This document shows positions 43,754 to 50,892 of a stretch of 64,000 nt of DNA, in pieces. The notes under the pieces were generated by a model, which worked only from the letters and a program-made list of their open reading frames with translations, searched no databases and was not told the origin of the DNA. Origin of the DNA: Planctomycetota bacterium (GTDB taxonomy: Bacteria > Planctomycetota > UBA1135 > GCA-002686595); NCBI GenBank assembly GCA_002720975.1, contig PBIX01000007.1, positions 58,251 to 122,250 on the forward strand. Reading direction: 5' to 3'. Every line of letters begins with the position of its first letter. Within the stretch, counting starts at the first letter, position 1. The translations under genes and the position numbers were made by a program.

Positions 43754-45766
43754 ATGGCCATGACCCCCGCTCCCCCCCTGCTCTGCCTCCTGGCCGCCTT
43801 TTTCGGGGGACTGAGCCACCCGGCCCCTCCGACCATGGGGGGTGACCTGGAGCAGTGTGTGCGGACCTTCCGGCGAGCCGCCGCCAAGCGCGCGAACGCT
43901 GCCAGCCACGCTGAGGCCCAGGCTGCGCTGGACGCCCTGGTCGCCTTGGGAGATCCCGCGGCCTGCGAGGTCATCGGCTTGGAGTTTGCCCAGTGCGTCC
44001 AGCGCCTGGGGGAGGTGGAGTCCGAGCAGCAGCGCGTCCGCGCCCGCCTGGCTCAGGGCCAACGGGTCGTGGATGGGTTGACCCTGCGTGCCGAGAAGGA
44101 CGAGAGTCTGGCCGAGGTGCTGAAGGACCAGGTCCGCGCAGCCGAAGGGCTCACCCGCCGTCTGGGCGAACTGGAGGAGAAGGGTGAGGCGCTGCGGCCC
44201 TGGAAGATGTCCGTGTCCGGCGGTGCCGGACGCCTGTTGACGCAGTTGAGCGATTCTCGCAAGCGGAGCGCTCTGAAGGAGATCTGGAGGCAGGCCGAAA
44301 AGGAGGAGATCTGGAGCACACGCCTGGCCGCCATTGGCTTCCTGGGCGAGGTCGGCGGTGAGGATACGACCAAGCGACTGCAGGCGGTGCTGGCTGATCT
44401 CGCCTCCGATTGCGTGCGCTTGGAGCGAGGCCTCCCCAGGAAGGAGGCGGACGTGCGCAAGATGGAGGCGCGCCTACAAAAAGAGAGTGACCAGAGCGGG
44501 GGTGGGGTGTCGGGTGCCAGCGCGGCTCAGTACGAGAAAATCAAACGCGAAGCAGCAGCCGATCGAAGGCAGATCACGGCGATGGGGCAGGTGTGCGATG
44601 AGTGTGTGCTCTCCGCGGGTCGGGCCCTGTTCCGCATGCAGCCCGACGCCCAGGCCAAGGCTCTGACGGCCCTGCTCAAGGCTCAGAGAAAAGCCTCCAC
44701 GGGAGCGCGTCTGAGGACCTTGCAGATTCTGAGTGCGGTGGAATGCGGGCCGGCACAAGCGGCCCTCCTGCGGTGTCTCGATGGGGAGGATGAACCCCTG
44801 GCCATCGCCACCATTCTGCGTGAATTGGCCCCCTACGGCCCGGTGGTCCTGCCCACGTTTGTTGTGATCGCACAGCTGTCCCACGAGTCGTGGCTCGCAC
44901 AGCGCGCCGCCATCGAGGCCCTAGTGATCCTTGGGCAGCGAGAGGGGGTCCGTGCCATGATCACCGCCCTCGAGGGGGCCAGCGGCCGCGTTCGCACGGA
45001 TTTGCGTGGGGGCTTGGTGGCCCTCACCGGATTGGACTACCACACGAACCACACCCTCTGGCAGACCTGGTGGGAGGCGGACGGTGAGCAGTTCGAGGTG
45101 CCCGAAACAGGTCGTACCCTGAGCGCCGCACTGCCCGCGAGAGACTCGGTGGGCATGACCTTCTTCGGGATCACCACGGAGAGTCAACGCGTTCTGTTTC
45201 TACTCGACCTGTCCGGCTCCATGAATTTCTCCATGATCGCCCGGGACAATCCCACCGATACCCCTGGAGTTCCACCGGACTTGCCACGCGGCAAGGAGCA
45301 GTCACGTCTGGAGGCGGCCAAGGTCGATCTGGCGCGAGCCCTGGGTGGGCTGCGTGAGGGAGCGGTGTTCAACCTGGTGCTCTACGCCTCGGACGTGTGG
45401 ACCTGGCAGGACGAGCTGGTGGAGATGGAAGGCACCCAACGCGTGGACGTGCAGGAATATGTGGGCAGCCTGCGCGCTTCAGGGGGCACGAACATCTACG
45501 GCGCCCTTCGCACGGCCCTGGAGATTGCGGGGGTGAAAGGAGGGGAGGAGTGGGATTCTCCGCGCATCGACACCCTGTTCCTCCTGACCGACGGGCGCCC
45601 CTCGGTGGGCCTGACCACCCAACCCGACGAGATCCTGGCTTACGTGAGGGAGAAGAACCGCTCCGGTGGGATTGTGATCCATACGATTGGACTCTCGGGG
45701 GCTCAGGATGCCTACCTGTTGAGTGAGCTGGCTGCACAGAACGGTGGAACGTACTCCGCACGCTGA
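43754..45766 (+). CDS. Secreted HEAT-like repeat / von Willebrand factor A domain protein
   Basis: Signal-like MAMTPAPPLLCLLAAFFGG. A long helical or coiled region is followed by a C-terminal VWA domain with the MIDAS motif LFLLDLSGSM, then GGTNIYGALRTAL and LFLLTDGRPS. Confidence 0.7.
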   Translation: MAMTPAPPLLCLLAAFFGGLSHPAPPTMGGDLEQCVRTFRRAAAKRANAASHAEAQAALDALVALGDPAACEVIGLEFAQCVQRLGEVESEQQRVRARLAQGQRVVDGLTLRAEKDESLAEVLKDQVRAAEGLTRRLGELEEKGEALRPWKMSVSGGAGRLLTQLSDSRKRSALKEIWRQAEKEEIWSTRLAAIGFLGEVGGEDTTKRLQAVLADLASDCVRLERGLPRKEADVRKMEARLQKESDQSGGGVSGASAAQYEKIKREAAADRRQITAMGQVCDECVLSAGRALFRMQPDAQAKALTALLKAQRKASTGARLRTLQILSAVECGPAQAALLRCLDGEDEPLAIATILRELAPYGPVVLPTFVVIAQLSHESWLAQRAAIEALVILGQREGVRAMITALEGASGRVRTDLRGGLVALTGLDYHTNHTLWQTWWEADGEQFEVPETGRTLSAALPARDSVGMTFFGITTESQRVLFLLDLSGSMNFSMIARDNPTDTPGVPPDLPRGKEQSRLEAAKVDLARALGGLREGAVFNLVLYASDVWTWQDELVEMEGTQRVDVQEYVGSLRASGGTNIYGALRTALEIAGVKGGEEWDSPRIDTLFLLTDGRPSVGLTTQPDEILAYVREKNRSGGIVIHTIGLSGAQDAYLLSELAAQNGGTYSAR

Positions 45767-45770
45767 AACC

Positions 45771-46664
45771 ATGGACGACTTCACCCTCACCAACCTCGAG
45801 CTGCGCGAGTCCACGGAGACCGGGGAGGAGGCCGCAGGTCTGTCCCACGCTTCCATGAAGGGCATGCTCCTCCTGACCGTGCTGGAGCTCGCTCCCCGGG
45901 GTGAGCCGCGGGGGGCCGTGACTGTCGTGCACGATGCGGGGGACACGGGTGACCGCTATCGGGAGCTGGCCACCGTGCTTGCCACCCGGGGCTGGGCGGT
46001 GGCCCTGCCCGACCTGCGTGGCCACGGTCGCACCGAGGGGGAGCGGGGGCACAGTGCTGGCCTGATCGAGATCGGGAGGGACCTGGAGGAGATCCAAGAC
46101 CATCTGGCCTATCGCATGCCCGATGAGCCCAAGGTCCTGGTGGGGCAAGGGCTGGGTGCCCTGCATGCCCTCTCCTATGCCATCTCAAAGCCTGGGACCC
46201 TGGCAGGTCTCGTGCTCGTGGCTCCCCTGCACGAACCCCGGTTTGAGCCTCCCGAGGCTCCGAGTGGAATGTTGGGACGCCTGATGGGCAAGAAGTTGAC
46301 GTCCACCTCGCCGGGCTCCATCCCTTGGACGGGCGACCAGCTGGTGCGTGGTGCGGCGGCCGCGGCCTGGGACAGCGATCCGCTCACCCACAACATCATC
46401 ACGGCCCGGGCGCAGGAGCAGGCTCAGCGAGCCGCGAGCGAGTTCCTCCCACGCCTGAGCGAGGTAGGCGTCCCCGTGCTGATACTCCATGGCGCGGACG
46501 ATCCGCTGTCCGACGCCGAGTGCAGCCGCGCGCTGGCCGGGGATGGAGTGCACGTGCAGGTCCTCGATGGCCTCCTACATCATCCCCTTCAGGGGGACGG
46601 CAGCGACGCGGCACATCTGGCTCTGGCCGATTGGCTCGATCAGCACGTGCCAGCCAAGGGCTGA
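45771..46664 (+). CDS. Alpha/beta-hydrolase-fold protein (lysophospholipase/monoacylglycerol-lipase-like) lacking the canonical nucleophile Ser
   Basis: AVTVVHDAGDTGDRYRELATVLATRGWAVALPDLRGHGRTEG and LILHGADDPLSD fit the fold. The nucleophile elbow reads VGQGLGA (GxGxG) where GHSxG is expected. Confidence 0.55.
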   Translation: MDDFTLTNLELRESTETGEEAAGLSHASMKGMLLLTVLELAPRGEPRGAVTVVHDAGDTGDRYRELATVLATRGWAVALPDLRGHGRTEGERGHSAGLIEIGRDLEEIQDHLAYRMPDEPKVLVGQGLGALHALSYAISKPGTLAGLVLVAPLHEPRFEPPEAPSGMLGRLMGKKLTSTSPGSIPWTGDQLVRGAAAAAWDSDPLTHNIITARAQEQAQRAASEFLPRLSEVGVPVLILHGADDPLSDAECSRALAGDGVHVQVLDGLLHHPLQGDGSDAAHLALADWLDQHVPAKG

Positions 46665-46674
46665 GCTGCCGGAT

Positions 46675-47286
46675 CTAGCCTCCGCGGATCATCGACAGGA
46701 ACTCCCGTCGAGTGGCGTCATTGCGCCGGAAGGCGCCAGTCATGCGGCTGGTGACCGTGACGGAGCTGGGCTTCATCACGCCGCGTGTGGTCATGCATTG
46801 GTGTTGGGCTTCGATGACGACTGCCACACCGCGCGGCTCAAGCACCTTGTCTATGGTGTTGGCGATCTGGACGGTGAGCTTCTCCTGGATCTGCAGTCGG
46901 CGTGCGTAGATCTCCACCACCCGGGCCAGCTTGCTCAGACCCACGATGCGGTTGTCGGGCAGGTAGGCGACGTGGGCCACCCCGATGAAGGGCACCATGT
47001 GATGCTCACAGTGTGAGTGCAGGCAGATGTCGCGCACGGTCACCATCTCGTCGTAGCCACCGACCTCCTCAAAGGTCTTGGAGAGGACAAGCTCGGGATC
47101 TTCCTCGTAGCCACCGAAGAATTGATCATAGGAGCGCACCACCCTGGCAGGCGTCTCCTGTAGACCTTCGCGCTGGGGGTCATCGCCCGCGTAGGCGATC
47201 AGTGTGCGTACCGCTTCCTCGGCGGCCTCCTTGGTGGGGCGGGTGTTCTGGGTGGCCATCGGGGCAGTGGTGGTGAGGCGCGTCAT
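46675..47286 (-). CDS. folE: GTP cyclohydrolase I
   Basis: [13 protein letters not shown], zinc and active-site block [48 protein letters not shown] and [13 protein letters not shown]. Start taken at ATG 47286. Confidence 0.9.
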   Translation of the reverse strand: MTRLTTTAPMATQNTRPTKEAAEEAVRTLIAYAGDDPQREGLQETPARVVRSYDQFFGGYEEDPELVLSKTFEEVGGYDEMVTVRDICLHSHCEHHMVPFIGVAHVAYLPDNRIVGLSKLARVVEIYARRLQIQEKLTVQIANTIDKVLEPRGVAVVIEAQHQCMTTRGVMKPSSVTVTSRMTGAFRRNDATRREFLSMIRGG

Positions 47287-47463
47287 GGGAGTCTCCGGCG
47301 GGATTCTAGCAGATTCCTCAAATGGCCGAGACCTCGCCACCTGCGGCTTGTCGGCCCATTCTCGGCCGGGGGGAGGAGTCGGCACGGTGCGCTGCCATCC
47401 TCCACTCCGATCTCCGAGCGGCTTCAAGCGAATCCACGACCACTCAACTGTGCGACGACTCCC
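47164..47463. repeat. Copy A of a roughly 300-bp segmental duplication (folE 5' end, folE-cysS intergenic region, first ~25 nt of cysS)
   Basis: Aligns by eye at about 90% identity with 48829..49124. The track ORFs 47322.. and 48987.. both begin [27 protein letters not shown]. The cysS ATG position reads ACG in this copy. Confidence 0.85.
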
Positions 47464-47520
47464 GCCGCGTGGCGTCGTTACGCCGGAAGGCGCCGGTCAT
47501 GCGGCTGGTGACCGTGGCGG
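47457..47520 (-). pseudogene. Fragment matching the folE 3' end
   Basis: gactcccgccgcgtggcgtcgttacgccggaaggcgccggtcatgcggctggtgaccgtggcgg aligns with folE 46699..46763 (gaactcccgtcgagtggcgtcattgcgccggaaggcgccagtcatgcggctggtgaccgtgacgg). Confidence 0.75.
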
Positions 47521-47548
47521 GACAACAACTGGCTTGGCCGGCTCTTGG

Positions 47549-48742
47549 TCAACGACCCGAGCCGCTGTCCTGAGTGCCGCGGGCTGTGATCGAGCGAAGG
47601 AAGGCGGCCTCCTCATCGTCGAAGGGCGTGCCGTCGGCGCGCAGGATGTCGTGGTGCCACGTCTTCGGCAGGGGTTCACCGGGAGTATCCCAGGAGGCCC
47701 AGCCGTAGGCTGTGTTGGTCTTGCCGGTGACGAGCCCCCAGTTGATCGCGCCGATGCCGTGCTTCTGTAACACCGGCAGGGTCAACTGGAACGTGTCCTC
47801 TCGACTGCGGATGAAGTACTCCGTGCAGAGCATGGGGCGTCCCGGCGCGCCTTCTCCGAGCATGAGGATGAGCTTCTCCAGCGAGTCCTGGTTGCCGTAG
47901 TGGTGAAAGGTGACGATGTCGGCCCACTCGAGCGCTGCCTCGACCTCGAAGTCCCCGCGATTCCAGCAGCTGGTCAGCGGCTGGGTCGGAGCAACCGAGC
48001 GCGCCCACCCCCACACGTCCTTCAGCAACGGCACGCAGAGAGCGCCGGTCAGCCCCTTGGTGTACTCGCCCGGCTTCTTGCCGCGCTGATACCACCACCC
48101 GCCGGGCTCGTTGTAGAGGTCCCACATCAGCACGCGTGGGTCGTCTCGGAAGCGTGTCAGCACGGCGTCGACATATTGCTGGAGGCGACGGCGGAGCGCC
48201 TGATCGGTGGGGTACCGCTTCAGTTGCGGCAGGCCCGGGCTCTCCAGCCAGGCAGAGTTGTGAACGCCCGGCCAGGGACTGGGTTGCTCTCCGATCTTCG
48301 GCTCGGCGAGCCAGCAATCGTCGAAGATCACCAGCAGCACCCTGATATCGTGCGAGGCTGCGATGTCGAGGAGCCGGTTGACGCGCCGCAGGAAGCCCTT
48401 CGGGTCCTGGTCGTAGGCGAGGTCGTGCAGGTAGACGCGCACGACGTTCATCCCCAGATCGGAGGCCCAGCCCAGCTCCCGGTTGATCGTCTCGGGATCG
48501 AAGGTGTCCTCCTGCCACATCTCAAGCTGGTTGACGGCGTTGCTGGGTATGAAGTTGCAGCCGAGCAGCCATGGCTGCCGGGCATGCCACGCTCTCGCCC
48601 GCTCGGTGGTCCAGCGCCCCTTCAGGTGGTCGGGCACCTCCAGCTCCAGCGTGCTCGCTGGCGGCAGCGGCGGCTCTGTCTGCCCGAACCCAGCCGAGGC
48701 GAAGCTCAGCACGGCACATAGAACGGCGGCGGTATGTGTCAT
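47549..48742 (-). CDS. Secreted glycoside hydrolase, GH5-like (clan GH-A; cellulase/mannanase/xylanase-type)
   Basis: Signal peptide MTHTAAVLCAVLSFASAGFG. LGMNVVRVYLH, the acid/base motif MWDLYNEPG (NEP) and a candidate nucleophile in MLCTEYF (TE). ATG 48742 preferred over GTG 48757. Confidence 0.7.
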   Translation of the reverse strand: MTHTAAVLCAVLSFASAGFGQTEPPLPPASTLELEVPDHLKGRWTTERARAWHARQPWLLGCNFIPSNAVNQLEMWQEDTFDPETINRELGWASDLGMNVVRVYLHDLAYDQDPKGFLRRVNRLLDIAASHDIRVLLVIFDDCWLAEPKIGEQPSPWPGVHNSAWLESPGLPQLKRYPTDQALRRRLQQYVDAVLTRFRDDPRVLMWDLYNEPGGWWYQRGKKPGEYTKGLTGALCVPLLKDVWGWARSVAPTQPLTSCWNRGDFEVEAALEWADIVTFHHYGNQDSLEKLILMLGEGAPGRPMLCTEYFIRSREDTFQLTLPVLQKHGIGAINWGLVTGKTNTAYGWASWDTPGEPLPKTWHHDILRADGTPFDDEEAAFLRSITARGTQDSGSGR

Positions 48743-48828
48743 GGCACCTCCAAGCACGTTGCACGGTCAGGTTGCACCCGTCCGAGCATCCCAGGCGAAT
48801 GTGCCGTGGGAGAGCACCGGAGCGGCAA

Positions 48829-48951
48829 CCCTTCGCGCTGGGGGGCATCCCCCGTGTAGGCGATCAGTGTGCGTACCGCTTTCTCGGCGGCCTCCTTGGC
48901 GGAGCGGGTGTTCTGGGTGGCCAATGTGGCAGGGGTGGTGAGGCGCGTCCT
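48829..48951 (-). pseudogene. folE 5' fragment (about 41 codons) with a destroyed start codon
   Basis: Translates as ...[41 protein letters not shown], against fol[43 protein letters not shown]. The position of the folE ATG reads AGG (plus-strand cct at 48949-48951). Similarity stops at about 48829. Confidence 0.8.
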
Positions 48952-49124
48952 GGGAGTCTCCGGCGGGATTCTAGCAGATTCCTCAAATGGCCGAGACCTC
49001 GCCACCTGCGGCTTGTCGGCCTATTCTCGGCGGGGGGGAGGAGTCGGCACGGTGCGTTGCTATCCTCCACTCCCGCCTCCAAGCGGCTTCAAGCGAACCC
49101 ATGACCATTCAACTGTACGACTCC
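48829..49124. repeat. Copy B of the roughly 300-bp duplication (folE 5' remnant, intergenic region, genuine cysS start)
   Basis: See copy A. This copy retains the cysS ATG at 49101 but has lost the folE ATG. Confidence 0.85.
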
Positions 49125-50708
49125 GTCTCCCGCACCAAGCGGCCCCTGAATCCCCTGCAGCCCGGCAAGGTCGGCATGTACGTCTGTGGCCCGACGGTCT
49201 ACGACGATTGCCACGTGGGGCACCTGATGGGGCCCGTCGTGTTTGACACCGTGGCGCGCTGGCTCATGGCACGCGGGCATGAGGTGCGGTTCGTGATCAA
49301 TATCACCGACATCGATGACAAGATCATCAATCGTGCGATTGAGAGCGGTGAGGACTGGTCGGCAATCGCCGAGCGCTACACGGCGCAGTACCTCGGTTTC
49401 TTGAAGGAACTCTCCGTGGTCACCGTGACGGATCACCCCCGTTGCTCAGAGTACGTGCAGGCCATGGTGGATTTCATCGCGGATCTGGTCGCGGGGGACA
49501 TGGCCTACCAGGCCTCCGACGGGGTGTACTTTGACGTCTCGCAGCATGAGGGCTACGGGAAGCTGTCCGGTCGCAAGCTGGACGACATGCTTGCTGGAGC
49601 CCGGATCCAGGCCAGCGAGGGGCTGCGTCATCCGGCGGACTTCGCCCTCTGGAAGAACGTCAAGCCCGGGGAGCCCAGCTGGGAGAGCCCCTGGGGACCG
49701 GGCCGCCCGGGCTGGCACATCGAGTGTTCAGTCATGTCATCCCAACTGCTGGGGCGTACCTTCGACATCCACGGTGGCGGGGATGACCTGAAGTTTCCGC
49801 ATCACGAGAATGAGATCGCTCAATCTGAAGCCCACGGCGACGGCTATGCACGCCACTGGATGCACAACGGCCTGATTCAGTACGAGGGCCGCAAGATCTC
49901 CAAGAGTGATCCGCGCATGCAGGAGGAGTCCTTCTCCCAGCAGTTCCAGGCGCGCTGGCTGCTGGACCGTTTCGGGCCTTCAGCCGTCCGGTTCTTTCTT
50001 CTGCGCACGCCCTACGGTCGGCCCGTGGACTTTGGCCCCAAGGTCCTGGATGGGGCCCAGAAAGGTCTGATCCGGGCCTTGAAGCTCCTCGCCCCGGTCT
50101 TGGATCAGGAGTCCGATCGTGACCTGGAGGCCATTTGTGCCGTACCACTGGAAGAGAATCTCGACAAGGCGCGCGCGTCGTTCTGCACCGCCATGGACGA
50201 TGACTTCAACACGGGTGAGGCCATCGCCCAGTTGTTCACCCTGGCCCGGGACCTGCGTGAGGTTCCTGAGGAGGCGCGTACACCCGGACTCGAAGTGCTC
50301 AGGGACCTGGGCCGCATCCTCGGCCTGTTCCAGCTCGGGGACACCGGGCTCGGGGAAGGGCTCGGCGAAGGAGGAGACCAGGCTCTCTTGGGCAAGGTGT
50401 TGGGCGCGCTGCTCAGCGTGCGCGAGACGGCCCGGAGTGCGGGCGAGTTCGCCACCGCCGATGGTGTTCGTGACCTGCTGGTGGCCCAGGGCGTCGAGGT
50501 GAGTGATTCCGCAGAAGGTGCAGGTTGGTCCGTGGGGTCGGGAGGGGCTCCCGATCTTGAGGGCCTGCTCAATGGCGCCATGGACCTGCGGGAGGCCGCG
50601 CGGGAGCGTGGCGACTATGCGACAGGCGATGGCATACGCGACAAACTGGGCGAAGTGGGGGTGTCAGTGCAGGACGCGGCTGGCCGCTCAACTTGGACCC
50701 TCGCGTAG
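49101..50708 (+). CDS. cysS: Cysteine--tRNA ligase
   Basis: MTIQLYDSVSRTKRPL..., with the HIGH-type motif CGPTVYDDCHVGH. WESPWGPGRPGWHIECS is the zinc site and KISKS is the KMSKS motif. The C-terminal helical module is duplicated. Start taken at ATG 49101. Confidence 0.9.
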   Translation: MTIQLYDSVSRTKRPLNPLQPGKVGMYVCGPTVYDDCHVGHLMGPVVFDTVARWLMARGHEVRFVINITDIDDKIINRAIESGEDWSAIAERYTAQYLGFLKELSVVTVTDHPRCSEYVQAMVDFIADLVAGDMAYQASDGVYFDVSQHEGYGKLSGRKLDDMLAGARIQASEGLRHPADFALWKNVKPGEPSWESPWGPGRPGWHIECSVMSSQLLGRTFDIHGGGDDLKFPHHENEIAQSEAHGDGYARHWMHNGLIQYEGRKISKSDPRMQEESFSQQFQARWLLDRFGPSAVRFFLLRTPYGRPVDFGPKVLDGAQKGLIRALKLLAPVLDQESDRDLEAICAVPLEENLDKARASFCTAMDDDFNTGEAIAQLFTLARDLREVPEEARTPGLEVLRDLGRILGLFQLGDTGLGEGLGEGGDQALLGKVLGALLSVRETARSAGEFATADGVRDLLVAQGVEVSDSAEGAGWSVGSGGAPDLEGLLNGAMDLREAARERGDYATGDGIRDKLGEVGVSVQDAAGRSTWTLA

Positions 50709-50846
50709 TCTCAGTGGGTTACAATTACCTCCTCAGAGGCCACCGTTCGCTCCATTTACACTTTCGTTACACCCATGGAGACGTTGGGGTGCGTCCCGTG
50801 AGGGACGCGATCGCAGTTGTCCATAGCTGCGGCAGTCTCGATCCCC

Positions 50847-50879
50847 CGACCTCTGACCTCCGACCTCCGACCTCTGACC
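50847..50879 (+). repeat. Heptanucleotide tandem repeat (c/t)gacctc, 4.7 units, 14 nt upstream of the protease start codon
   Basis: cgacctc tgacctc cgacctc cgacctc tgacc, read directly from the sequence. Confidence 0.8.
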
Positions 50880-50892
50880 GGCCCCGAACTTC

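Noticed and set aside
42422-44062. ORFs 42422..43315 (-), 43168..43749 (+), 43332..43682 (+) and 43463..44062 (-).
   Set aside because: They run across the RNase P RNA gene, whose conserved blocks and P1 pairing explain this sequence. The translated products are Arg/Pro/Ser-rich with no motifs.
47521-48828. GH5 insert considered as a mobile element or integron cassette.
   Set aside because: No transposase or integrase is present, and I could see no terminal inverted repeats, target-site duplication or attC-like GTTRRRY core at the insert edges. It is therefore reported as an insertion or replacement of unknown mechanism rather than as a mobile element.
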